The position numbers and the translations under genes were made by a program. The notes under the pieces are model-generated. The model searched no databases, was not told where the DNA came from, and was given only the letters and a program-made list of their open reading frames with translations. Of a DNA stretch of 64,000 bases, positions 21,325 through 31,043 are shown piece by piece. Origin of the DNA: an uncultured delta proteobacterium (GTDB lineage Bacteria > Myxococcota_A > Polyangia > Polyangiales > B10-G4); assembly GCA_963727445.1 (NCBI GenBank), contig CAVSGI010000020.1, positions 736,001 through 800,000 of the forward strand. Reading direction: 5' to 3'. The stretch's first letter is position 1, and the number at the start of each line of letters is the position of its first letter.

Positions 21325-23184
21325 TCAGAACCCGGAGCAGGGCGAGATGCGGCACTCCGCCGGCGGCAGGTTCGTCGCCGGGGGACACTCGGAGCCGATG
21401 CCGAGGTCGGGCGCCCAGGTCCAGTCGTCGAGGGCGATCTCGCCGACCTCGGCGCCGTTGCCGCAGAGGTCGTAGGCGACGACGCTCCCGAAGCGGATCA
21501 TGCGCGCGGTCTGGCGGTACCAGGTCCCGAACTGTCCGGCGAAGACCTCGGCCTCGAAGCTCAGCGCCGAGCTGTTCGTGGTCGACACGGTCAGGAGCTC
21601 GGACTCGCTCGTCCCGTAGCGCTCGCCGATGCTCTCCGAGCGGGTGAGCGACTCGCCGAAGGCCTGCGTCTGACTCCAGGAGTTGGAGTGGCTGTAGCCG
21701 TTGGCCTCGGCGTAGGTCTGCGCGATGCCCCACTGATAGCCGCGGGCGCGAGAGAGCGCGCGCTGCTCCTGCTCGGTGAGCCCCGAGGTCTCGCCGAAGC
21801 CGCTGGTGGAGCTCATGCTGCCGCCGCCGGTCATCCCGTCGCGCATGCGGGTGCCGTCCACCCAGCCGCGCTTGCCCTGGGCGGTCACCGACACCGAGCC
21901 GTTGGCGACCAGAGGGATGCCGGCCATGCCGCCGGCGGTGACCGAGCCGCCGACCTCGCCGAGGTAGTCCTCGACAGTCTCGGTCTGCACGTTCCAGCCC
22001 CACTCCTCGGCGGCGGTCTCCGAGAAGTTCACGCTGGTGGCGCGCGAGCGTCCGTCGGTGCGCGAGAACATGTCGGTCGCCGACTCTGTCTGCGACATCG
22101 TCGTCGCGTCGGTCTGCGTGACCATCATGGACGCGGTTTCCTCTTCGCTCATGGTCGCCGAGGTGTTGTAGGTCTGCTCGTAGGCGGAGCCGTAGTTGCG
22201 CTCCCAGCCGCGGCTGATCTGCCGCTGGATCTGGCGGGTGCGCGTCTCCGAGGTGGTCTCGGTGTAGCTCACGTGCACACCGCCGGGGCCGCCCGGGATG
22301 CAGGCCGAGACCGGCTCGGGCTCGTAGAGCTCCGCGATCTGCATCGGCCCACGAAAGTAGACCTGCAAGGGGCTGCGGACCATGAAGTTGTGCCGGATCT
22401 CCCGGCGAATCCCGTCGGTGCCCTCGGCGACGACGCTGATCGAGGCCCGATAGCCGTCGACGTTCGGTGGCACCGGGCCCCAGCGCGTCAACACGGAGTG
22501 CTCGAGCTGGCCGGGCTCGGTCACGAAGCGGAGGTTGGTGGTCGCTTCCTGCACGTCTCCGTCGATCATCAGCCCTTCGCTGAAGGCGTACTGGAAGTTG
22601 AAGGGCTCGAAGCCGATGGCCCGCACGCGCACCGCGTAGGGGATCACGTGCAGCGCGTTGAGCGTCGGAAAGCGGCAGTCGGCGATCCAGGTGTCACCGA
22701 CGGCGACGAAGTCCTGGATGATCAGCGACGGCAGCACCGTGAAGGTCAGCGGCATGCGCTGGTCTTCGGGCTGCGGGTAGCTCTCGCCGTCGAAGGTCTG
22801 GTTGATGGCGTAGACGTCGCCCTCGAAGGTGCCGATCTTGTCGCCGCCTGCGATGAAGGGGACGCGGTAGGCGCCGAAGGACTCCCAGCGGATGGTGTCT
22901 GAGCCGCCCTGGAAGGGGATGGCGAGGTCGACCGGTACCGCTGGGCTGCCGTCGTCGGGGGTGAAGGTGCCTTCGAAGACCACGTCCACCCAGCCGTCGG
23001 CTGGATCGATGAAGCCGCTCCCGAAGAGCTCGACGGGGTCACCCACCTCGGCGGTGCGGGTGGAGATGTCCTGGATGAGCGGGGTGGGGACGGCGATCGG
23101 CCCGGGTGTGGGGTCCGACACCGCGCATCCAGCGACGGCGAGGGCGAAGGGGAGGATCGGCCATGCGCGCTCGAGAAAAGACAT
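21325..23184 (-). CDS. Lipoprotein with Ig-like N-terminus and long Ser/Thr-rich beta region
   Basis: LAVAGC lipobox; VGDPVELFGSGF (IPT/TIG-like); S/T-rich tract around AGIPLVANGSVSV. Confidence 0.7.
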   Translation of the reverse strand: MSFLERAWPILPFALAVAGCAVSDPTPGPIAVPTPLIQDISTRTAEVGDPVELFGSGFIDPADGWVDVVFEGTFTPDDGSPAVPVDLAIPFQGGSDTIRWESFGAYRVPFIAGGDKIGTFEGDVYAINQTFDGESYPQPEDQRMPLTFTVLPSLIIQDFVAVGDTWIADCRFPTLNALHVIPYAVRVRAIGFEPFNFQYAFSEGLMIDGDVQEATTNLRFVTEPGQLEHSVLTRWGPVPPNVDGYRASISVVAEGTDGIRREIRHNFMVRSPLQVYFRGPMQIAELYEPEPVSACIPGGPGGVHVSYTETTSETRTRQIQRQISRGWERNYGSAYEQTYNTSATMSEEETASMMVTQTDATTMSQTESATDMFSRTDGRSRATSVNFSETAAEEWGWNVQTETVEDYLGEVGGSVTAGGMAGIPLVANGSVSVTAQGKRGWVDGTRMRDGMTGGGSMSSTSGFGETSGLTEQEQRALSRARGYQWGIAQTYAEANGYSHSNSWSQTQAFGESLTRSESIGERYGTSESELLTVSTTNSSALSFEAEVFAGQFGTWYRQTARMIRFGSVVAYDLCGNGAEVGEIALDDWTWAPDLGIGSECPPATNLPPAECRISPCSGF

Positions 23185-23355
23185 CACCAATTACGGAGCT
23201 CAGCTTAGCACGAGCATTCGAGAAGACGTAGTGGGGGCCGTTTGGACTCGATCCTGGCATGACACACGACGCCCCATTGTCGCGGCATCGGGCGAGATCT
23301 GAACCAGGTCGACGAAACCATCAACTCTCGGCGTTTGGTTGGCTATAGCTCGGTC

Positions 23356-25182
23356 ATGGCGAACGAAGAGTCGAAGGGGGGCCCGCCTGCCGAGCTCGCG
23401 ATCGATCCAGCACAGCGGTACGACCAGCTCGGTCTGCTCGGCGAAGGGGGCATGGGCGAGGTCCACGCATGCCGTGACCGGGTGATCGGACGCGTCATCG
23501 CGCAGAAGGCGATCCGCAAGCTGCCTGGCGGGCGAACGCCACGCACCGAGGCGCGCGAGCAGTTTCTGCGCGAGGCGCGGGTGCAGGGGCAGCTCGAGCA
23601 CCCGGTCGTCGTGCCGGTCTACGACGTCGGACGCGCGCCGGACGAACGGCTCTTCTTCACGATGAAGCGGGTGGCGGGTCAGACACTCGGCGAGGTGATC
23701 GAGGCGCTCCGCGCCGGCGACACCGAGACGACGCGTCGCTTCGGGCGTCATCGGCTGCTCGCCGCATTCCAGCGCGTGTGTGAGTGCATCGACTACGCGC
23801 ACGCGCGCGGCGTCGTACACCGCGATCTGAAGCCGGCGAACGTGATGTTCGGCGACTTCGGTGAGGTCTACGTGCTCGACTGGGGCGTCGCGCGCATGCT
23901 CGGGAGACGCCCTCCGACGGGATGGTCGAGGTGGGGCCTACCGGAGACGCCGAGCGGGATCGGTGGCACTCCCGGTTACATGCCGCCTGAGCAGCTCGCG
24001 GAGGTCGCCGCCGTCGACGGGCGCGCCGACGTGTATGCGCTCGGGGCGATCCTCTTCGAGATCCTCACGCTGGAGCCGCTGCATGCGACGCGCAATTCGG
24101 CGGAGCTCGTCGCATCGACACAGCGCGGCGCGGAGGCGCGCGCCAGCGTGCGCTACCCGGACCGGGACGTTCCACCCGAGCTCGAAGCGATCTGCGTGCG
24201 GGCGACGGCACTCGCGCCCGACGACCGGTACCAGACGGTGCGCGAGCTATCCGAGGACCTGGAGCGCTTCCTCGAAGGACACCGCGACCTCGAGCTGCGG
24301 CGGGAAATCGCGGCGGGTCACGTCGTCGAGGCGCGTGCACAGGCCGATGTCGCGCTCTCCGAGGAAGGCGGTTCGATCGAGGCCCGGCGCCGCGCGCTCG
24401 TCGAGCTCGGGCGCGCGCTCGCGCTTCATCCGGAGTCGCCGGAAGCGACGCGCGTGCTCGCGGAGCTGCTCGCCACGCCGCCGCGCACGGTGCCACCAGA
24501 GGCGCAAGCCGCCTTGCGGGACGAGGAGATCGAGCAGAGCAGGGCGGCTGGACGGCTCGCGGGCTGGACTTTTCTGGGGATGGGCGCGAGCGCGCTCGTG
24601 CTCACGCAGATCGCGGAGGTGCACGGGGTGGTGGTCCCGCTCCTGTTCTTCCTGCCCTCGCTGCTCGCGTCGGCGTTGGGCTTCTACAGCGTGCGCCGGC
24701 CGTCGGACCTGAGCGGCCTCAGCATCATCGTCTGCGCCGGCGTGGCCATGGCGACCACATCGGCCATTCTAGGACCGCTCGTCCTGACGCCGATCCTCGC
24801 CATCGCGCTCGGGATCATCTCGATGAACGTGGGGCGCCTGTCGAGATACCGCCCGCTCTCGCTCACCATCGCGTGCCTCGTCGTCGCCGTCCCCGCGCTC
24901 CTCGAAATCGCGGGCCTGCTCCCGAGCTCGTATCGAAACGTCGACGGGAGCTGGCTCATCGTCTCGAAGATCGCCACCGTGCCGAGCGACCGCATCTACC
25001 CCTTTGGCCTGCTGGTGATGTGCATCGGCGCGCTCATCGTCTCGAGCCTCTTCGTCTGGCGAATGGCCGACCGCATGGCCGCGTTGCGACGGCAGCTGCA
25101 GCTGCACGCCTGGCACCTCGGCCATCTGGCGCCCGAAGAGGCCCGCGGCCCGACGTCTGCGCCACCCCCGGCGCGTCGATAA
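23356..25182 (+). CDS. Membrane Ser/Thr protein kinase
   Basis: LGEGGMGEV, HRDLKPAN, DWG, GTPGYMPPEQ, DVYALG; several C-terminal TM helices. Confidence 0.92.
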   Translation: MANEESKGGPPAELAIDPAQRYDQLGLLGEGGMGEVHACRDRVIGRVIAQKAIRKLPGGRTPRTEAREQFLREARVQGQLEHPVVVPVYDVGRAPDERLFFTMKRVAGQTLGEVIEALRAGDTETTRRFGRHRLLAAFQRVCECIDYAHARGVVHRDLKPANVMFGDFGEVYVLDWGVARMLGRRPPTGWSRWGLPETPSGIGGTPGYMPPEQLAEVAAVDGRADVYALGAILFEILTLEPLHATRNSAELVASTQRGAEARASVRYPDRDVPPELEAICVRATALAPDDRYQTVRELSEDLERFLEGHRDLELRREIAAGHVVEARAQADVALSEEGGSIEARRRALVELGRALALHPESPEATRVLAELLATPPRTVPPEAQAALRDEEIEQSRAAGRLAGWTFLGMGASALVLTQIAEVHGVVVPLLFFLPSLLASALGFYSVRRPSDLSGLSIIVCAGVAMATTSAILGPLVLTPILAIALGIISMNVGRLSRYRPLSLTIACLVVAVPALLEIAGLLPSSYRNVDGSWLIVSKIATVPSDRIYPFGLLVMCIGALIVSSLFVWRMADRMAALRRQLQLHAWHLGHLAPEEARGPTSAPPPARR

Positions 25183-25287
25183 CGGCGCTCCGACCCCGCC
25201 CGCTCGACCGGTCTTTTGCGTCCACGGCGCGATCTTTGGCGCCGCTCGGTACATCTTTCGGTGGGGCTTTGTGCGACGGTGGAGTGG

Positions 25288-27222
25288 ATGGCTACCAGCT
25301 CTTCGTTCGTCCGCTTCGTCGCGTGCTTCGTGGGCGCATTCGCGCTCGTTTCATGCGTCATGTCCCCGGACGCGGACCCGGCCGGGCCGCCGTCGGCGCC
25401 GGATTCCGTCGTGGCCAGTGGAGGCATCGTGGCGGACCCCGCGCTCATCGCGGCGATCACGGCTGAACCGGGTCCGCCGCCCATCTCCGGCGGGACGCTG
25501 CTCGTCACGCGCGACGGGCGCTTCGCAGTGATGAGCGATCCAGCGCTCGATACGATCTTCGTCGTCGACCTCGAGGCCTTGGAGGGCACGGCGATCGAGC
25601 TCGCCCCAGACGACGAGCCCGGGCGCCTCGTCGAGGACGACGCCGGACGCGTACACGTGGTCTTGCGCCGAGGCGGCGCCATCGTCACGGTCGATCCGGC
25701 GCGCGCGTCCATGGTCGCCCGCCGCGACGTCTGCTCCGCGCCTCGAGGGATCGCGTGGCGCGCCGAGGACGACGCGCTGGTGGTGGCCTGCGCGGGGGGT
25801 GAGCTCGTGTTCCTGCCGGCCTCGGGGGGCGAGGCGACGAGCCAGGTCGTGCTCGACGACGACCTCCGCGACGTCGTCCTCGACGGTGAGCGCATTCTCG
25901 TCTCCCGCTTTCGGGCGGCCGAGATCCTCGCGCTCGACTCCGACGGGACGCTGCGCGAGCGAATCCCCCTCACCACGATCGAGCTCCCGCTCTCCGACCG
26001 AACACCCGACTACTTCGAGCCGCCCCGCCGGATCCCGCACGTCGCCTGGCGCATGGTGGCCGCCGAGGGGGGAGCGCTGGTGCTCCATCAACGCGAGAGC
26101 ACTACGGTGCTCGAGACCGAGAGCGCGCTCGGGGGATATGGTGGCCCGAGCGTGTCGGCCCCCACCGATTGCACGGGCGAGCAGCGGGTCACGACCGTCG
26201 CGACCTTCGTCGGGGACCGCGCCGAGATCGGGGCCAGCCTCGATCTCGTCCTGGGCGTCGACGTCGCGCTCTCTGCGAACGGAGAGGAGCTCGTGGTGGC
26301 CACGCCCGCGAACGCCTATGCGCGGTCCGGGGGGCCCGACGCCCGGTCCGGCATGCTCGGTGGAGTCGCGACGTATGACGCGCTCACCGTTCACGCACCG
26401 AACGATTCACCGGATCCCCTCGCTTCGGAGGGGATCTGCGCGACTCGCACAACCACCGAGACGCCCGTGGACGGCGCGCCGACCGCGGTGGCCTTCGGTC
26501 CCGACGGCCGGCTCTTCATCCAGTCCCACGCCCCGGCGATGCTCACCATCGTCGGCGGGGGTGCGACGATGGACGTTCGCCTCGCGAACGACGCTCCGGC
26601 GATCGGCGAGGCCATTTTCCATGCGCGCACGGGCTCGGGCTTCGCCTGCGCCTCGTGCCACCCCGAGGGCGGCGACGACGGACACGTATGGGACTTCAGC
26701 TTCATCGGCCTCCGGCGTACGCAGTCGCTTCGCGGAGGGGTGCTCGGGACGGCGCCCTTTCACTGGGACGGGGAGTTCACCGACTTCGGCTCGCTCGCGC
26801 ACGACGTCTTCGAGGACCGCATGGCGGGCGGCGAGCTCGCCGCCTACGAGGTGTATGGCCTGGCTGGCTGGCTCGAGGGCATCCCGGCCCTGCCGCCGAT
26901 TCGCGCGGCGGGGGTGACGGATGAGGCCGTGCTCCGCGGTCGGGCGCTCTTCTACTCGCCCGAGCTTCTGTGCGCGAACTGTCACGCCGGCGGGTTGCTC
27001 ACGAACAACCGGAGCGTGGTGGCGGGGACCGGTGATTATTTCCAGGTTCCTTCGCTCCTCGGCGTGGCCCACCGCGCTCCGTTCATGCACGACGGCTGCG
27101 CTCCCACCCTCCGCGCCCGCTTCACCGACCCCGGATGTGGCGGCGGGGACCGCCATGGCCGCACGAGCGGTCTCACCGAAGGCGACATCGACGACCTCGT
27201 CGCGTTCCTCGAAACGCTCTGA
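25288..27222 (+). CDS. Beta-propeller + di-heme c protein (cytochrome c peroxidase/MauG-like)
   Basis: Lipobox-like LVSC, propeller repeats, CASCH and CANCH, TAPFHWDG, VPSLLGVAHRAPFMHDG. Confidence 0.8.
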   Translation: MATSSSFVRFVACFVGAFALVSCVMSPDADPAGPPSAPDSVVASGGIVADPALIAAITAEPGPPPISGGTLLVTRDGRFAVMSDPALDTIFVVDLEALEGTAIELAPDDEPGRLVEDDAGRVHVVLRRGGAIVTVDPARASMVARRDVCSAPRGIAWRAEDDALVVACAGGELVFLPASGGEATSQVVLDDDLRDVVLDGERILVSRFRAAEILALDSDGTLRERIPLTTIELPLSDRTPDYFEPPRRIPHVAWRMVAAEGGALVLHQRESTTVLETESALGGYGGPSVSAPTDCTGEQRVTTVATFVGDRAEIGASLDLVLGVDVALSANGEELVVATPANAYARSGGPDARSGMLGGVATYDALTVHAPNDSPDPLASEGICATRTTTETPVDGAPTAVAFGPDGRLFIQSHAPAMLTIVGGGATMDVRLANDAPAIGEAIFHARTGSGFACASCHPEGGDDGHVWDFSFIGLRRTQSLRGGVLGTAPFHWDGEFTDFGSLAHDVFEDRMAGGELAAYEVYGLAGWLEGIPALPPIRAAGVTDEAVLRGRALFYSPELLCANCHAGGLLTNNRSVVAGTGDYFQVPSLLGVAHRAPFMHDGCAPTLRARFTDPGCGGGDRHGRTSGLTEGDIDDLVAFLETL

Positions 27223-27239
27223 GCCGTCGGCGGCGTCCG

Positions 27240-27751
27240 TTACGTCCCCTCAGTCACACCTCCGAGTGTCCGCGCGAGTCGCCGGCACGCTGCGGAGTCT
27301 TCGTCGGACGGCAACGCACACTCCTCTGGCGGCTGACAGAAGCAGCAGTTGGCTGTCTCGCTGCGCGTGTACTCCCCACCGGTCCACGAATAGTGATTCC
27401 ACGTCATCTCCATCCCCGCGCATCCGAGCGAGCGCCGCGCACCCCGTTCAGCCTGTGAGCCTCGGCCACCGCCTGCCGCCTGGCCTGCGCGGAGCACGGG
27501 TGTTCGTGGGCATCGGAGAGAGCCTCTGGTGGCGCAGTCTCGGCTGGGGACGGCGTCGTCGCCTCTGCCTCGGCTCGCTGGTCGACCGAGGACGGCGCGG
27601 GGCGGCTCGTCTCTGCCGCGGATGCCTGGGTCTGCCCGCCGGTCTGCACCTCGGTCCGCTGCGCGGGAGTCGGCCGTTCATCGCGCGGGCTGCTCGATGC
27701 ACAAGCCCAGCAGAGGACGAGGCCAAAGAGTGCGTATCGTGGAAGCATCAC
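27240..27751 (-). CDS. Putative lipoprotein, frameshifted near 27430
   Basis: YALFGLVLCWAC signal and P/A/T linker; Cys-rich C-terminus in the adjacent frame. Confidence 0.4.
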
Positions 27752-27847
27752 GGGAGCAGAACCCGACTGGGGGCCCCATGATTCCGCTGCGCGGACGAGC
27801 GAGGCACGTTGCCGGATCGCGGTCGGCTATATAGAGTCGCCGGCCCG

Positions 27848-28261
27848 ATGGCATTTTCGAGCGACATCCGAGTTCGATTCGGGGACGAGGACCATGCGGG
27901 GATCGTCTACTACCCCCGCTTCTTCGACTTCTTCCACCAGGCCTTCGAGGACTTCTTCGCGGACAACGGTGTCCCCTACAAGGAGGTCCTCGACGTCGAC
28001 AACTGCGGCTGGCCGTCGGTGCATGCGGAGGCGGACTTCGTCAGCCCGGCGCGCTTCGGAGACACGCTCACCGTCGAGGTCGAGGTCACCCGCATCGGGG
28101 ACAAGTCGGCCACCTTCGCCTTTCGAGGCGTGAACCGCGCCCAGGACCGGCTGGTGCTGAAGGGCTCGGTGACCTGCGTCTGCATCCGCATGGACACCTT
28201 CGAATCGCAGCCCATCCCGGACAAGTATCGGGCCATGTTCGAAAAGCACCTGGCGGGCTGA
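27848..28261 (+). CDS. Acyl-CoA thioesterase (4HBT/YbgC hotdog)
   Basis: VRFGDEDHAGIVYYPRFFDF, ADFVSPARFGD. Confidence 0.88.
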   Translation: MAFSSDIRVRFGDEDHAGIVYYPRFFDFFHQAFEDFFADNGVPYKEVLDVDNCGWPSVHAEADFVSPARFGDTLTVEVEVTRIGDKSATFAFRGVNRAQDRLVLKGSVTCVCIRMDTFESQPIPDKYRAMFEKHLAG

Positions 28262-28330
28262 GGCCTGTCGCGTGAGAGCGCGCCGCTTTGTCCCCGACCT
28301 CTGCCTGGCCTACGATCAGCCCGAGCCCTC

Positions 28331-30142
28331 ATGAAGGCCCTGATCAAGGTCGGCTACGGCTGCAACGACCACTGCTCGTTCTGCCACACGTTGGACGTCC
28401 GGCACGTCGACGGCGAGGCGCGCGAGATCCACGAAAAGATCGAGCGGGCCAAGACGCTCGGACACTCGATGGTGGTGCTCTCCGGCGGCGAGCCCACGAT
28501 CCGCCCCGAGCTGCTCGCTTGGGCTGATCACGTCGTGCGCCTCGACATGGACTTCGGCCTGGTCACCAACGGCCGGATGCTGAGTTACGGCGAGCTCACC
28601 GAGAAGCTCCTCGCGCGGCGGCTGAAGTACGTCTATCTCTCGCTCCACGGCGGGACGGCGAAGATCCACGACCTGATGGTGCGCTCCGAGGCCTTCGACG
28701 AGACCTATGGGGCGCTCGATAACCTCTCGGGACGCGGGCTCGACCTCACCGTCAACTGCGTCATCACCAAGCACAACGTCGACCACCTGAAGGGTGTGGT
28801 CGATGCCGTGCTGAAGTATCCGGACCTCGGGCTGAACTTCTCGATGGTGGAACCGAAGGGCGGCGGCGACGCGCTCTTCGAGCATCTGATGCCGCGGATC
28901 TCCTACGTCGCCGACAAGGTCCGCGAGGCGATCCGTTACGGCGACGCCGAGGTCGCGTCGCGAGGCGCCGTGGGGCCGCGCTTCAGCCACGGCGCGATCC
29001 CACTGTGCCTGATGCCCGGCGACGAGCGTCGGTACAGCGATCTGAAGAGCCACCGCTTCGCCGCCATGACCGAGATCGGAGAGCCCGATTTCTATCCGGT
29101 GGACGATCTCAACAAGGTGCAGCCGCGCGACAAGTGTCGCGGATGCTCGCTCAGTGGCGCATGTCCCGGTCTCTACAAGGGGTACGTCGAGGTTTTCGGA
29201 GACGACGAGGTGAAGCCGGTCTTCGACCGCCCGCGGAGCAACTCCTTCAACTACGTCTTCGAGGCGCGCGTCGCGCCCCGTCCCGATGGTGCATGCCCGC
29301 TCTACGCCGATGGAATCACTCCGTGGGATCGCGGCCGCCACCTCTTCGTCGAGCACGCGGGTCGCATCGGGCGCTACGTCGCACGCACGCGCGACTTCTC
29401 CGACGTCGAGATCGCCGAGCTCAAACACGACCTCGGGCAGATCTACGCCGATGTCTCGCGCAAGCCCGCGCCGGACGATTTCGCCAAGGACCTGGTGCAG
29501 CTCGAGCGGAGCGAACGCTGTGACGGATGCGAGCTGCGAGAGCGCTGCACCGGGATGTTCACGCCGCGCATGGAGGACGTCTTCACCCGCGACGATGCGC
29601 GCGTGCGCGCTCTGATCGGGACGCTCGAGGGGACTGTGCTGGACGTGGGATGCGGGGAGGGGCCGTACGAGGACGTGCTCGAACCGCGCGCCCGCTCGGG
29701 CGCCATCGAGTACGTGGGCCTCGAGCCGGACGCGGGGCGCGTGACCGCGCTCAGGGCGCGGAGGCCCTGGGCGACCATCGAGGAGGGGCGCGCCGAGGAC
29801 CTGAACGGGAGCCACGAGGCTCGCTTCCTGCACGTGCTCGTGCTCCGGAGCTGGAACCACCTCGAAGATCCCGAGCGCGCCCTCGATCGCATCGCCGCGA
29901 GCCTCGCGCCTGGAGGCACGCTCACCGTGGTCGACAACGTCGCCTTCGGCCTCGCCCGCTCAGCCGAAAAGACGCGCCGCGCCGAGTCCTCGCGCGCAGG
30001 CTTCGAGCACTACCGCAACGACGACGCCAGCGATGCGCACCGCCGCATCGCCGCGCGAGGCTTCACGCTCATCGAGCGCCACGACGTCGCCCCCGGCACC
30101 AGCAACCAGTGGCTCCTTCGCTACGCCAAGGGGACGGTCTAA
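28331..30142 (+). CDS. HxsC-type radical SAM enzyme fused to a C-terminal class I methyltransferase
   Basis: CNDHCSFC, SGGEPTIR, IPLC, CRGCSLSGACPG, second CDGCELRERC, then VLDVGCGEG and LAPGG. Confidence 0.85.
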   Translation: MKALIKVGYGCNDHCSFCHTLDVRHVDGEAREIHEKIERAKTLGHSMVVLSGGEPTIRPELLAWADHVVRLDMDFGLVTNGRMLSYGELTEKLLARRLKYVYLSLHGGTAKIHDLMVRSEAFDETYGALDNLSGRGLDLTVNCVITKHNVDHLKGVVDAVLKYPDLGLNFSMVEPKGGGDALFEHLMPRISYVADKVREAIRYGDAEVASRGAVGPRFSHGAIPLCLMPGDERRYSDLKSHRFAAMTEIGEPDFYPVDDLNKVQPRDKCRGCSLSGACPGLYKGYVEVFGDDEVKPVFDRPRSNSFNYVFEARVAPRPDGACPLYADGITPWDRGRHLFVEHAGRIGRYVARTRDFSDVEIAELKHDLGQIYADVSRKPAPDDFAKDLVQLERSERCDGCELRERCTGMFTPRMEDVFTRDDARVRALIGTLEGTVLDVGCGEGPYEDVLEPRARSGAIEYVGLEPDAGRVTALRARRPWATIEEGRAEDLNGSHEARFLHVLVLRSWNHLEDPERALDRIAASLAPGGTLTVVDNVAFGLARSAEKTRRAESSRAGFEHYRNDDASDAHRRIAARGFTLIERHDVAPGTSNQWLLRYAKGTV

Positions 30143-30520
30143 ACTTTTCAACTTTCCGTGAGCGGGCCGTTCGACCGCTACGGCAAGGGGACGGTCTAGA
30201 CTTTTCAACTTTCTGTGAGCGGGCGGTTCGACCGCTACGGCAAGGGGACGGTCTAGACTTTTCAACTTTCTGTGAGCGGGCGGTTCGACCGCTACGGCAA
30301 GGGGACCGGCAAGGGGACGGTCTAGACTTTTCAACTTTCTGTGAGCGGGCGGTTCGAGGCGAGAAAGTTGAAAAGTGTAGACCGTCCCCGTCAGAGGCGC
30401 CGTCCCCGTCAGAGGCGCCGTCAGAGGCGGGAAAGTTGAAAAGTGTAGACCGTCCCGTCCCCGTCAGAGGCGCCGTCAGAGGCGGGAAAGTTGAAAAGTG
30501 TAGACCGTCCCCGTCAGAGG
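30127..30520. repeat. REP-like array: four direct and three inverted copies of a 27-bp core
   Basis: GGGGACGGTCTA(A/G)ACTTTTCAACTTTC at 30130, 30187, 30244, 30313 (57-bp period for the first three); inverted GAAAGTTGAAAAGTGTAGACCGTCCC(C) at 30363, 30431, 30486. Confidence 0.9.
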
Positions 30521-30969
30521 CCGACCTTCATGCCGGCGGCGTCGAGCTGCTTGCGGACGCGGGTGGCCTGGGCGGCGTCCGAGATGGCGACGGCCGAGAA
30601 GGCGGTCGCCATCACGGCGGCCGGGACGCTGGCGAGGCCGAGGAGGCTGAAGATGCCGTGGGCCACGGCGTAGAGCTGCCAACCGGCCGCGCAGAAGAAG
30701 GCCAGGCCGGCGATCACGGTGCCGCCCACCGCGGCCCAGGTCCGTGCGCGGTAGGTCATCAGCGCGAGGATCAGGAGCGCGGCGGCGAAGTTCAGATGCA
30801 CGATGGGGACGAGCTCGAGAAGCTCCCGGGTGAAGCGGGTGGTGAAGAGTTGGATGGAAGTGAAGGCCAGGAGCGCGCTGGTGACGCCGAGCAGCGCCGC
30901 CGCCACCTTCACCTTCCAGGTCCCCGCCGCCTTCGAGACGTCGATCTGGTCGAACGCTTCCACCACCAC
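30514..30969 (-). CDS. Small multi-pass membrane protein, divergent from the Hxs precursors
   Basis: About four hydrophobic helices; GTG start uncertain (30963-30969). Confidence 0.7.
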   Translation of the reverse strand: MVVEAFDQIDVSKAAGTWKVKVAAALLGVTSALLAFTSIQLFTTRFTRELLELVPIVHLNFAAALLILALMTYRARTWAAVGGTVIAGLAFFCAAGWQLYAVAHGIFSLLGLASVPAAVMATAFSAVAISDAAQATRVRKQLDAAGMKVGL

Positions 30970-31043
30970 CCGCCGGATAGCATGGGGTGGGCTCCGGTGC
31001 CTGTCGGCGTGACACCTCCGGCGAGCGGAGATACTCTTCGTTC

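Noticed and set aside
30127..30520. CRISPR array
   Set aside because: Spacers are near-identical, three copies are inverted, and there are no cas genes in the window.
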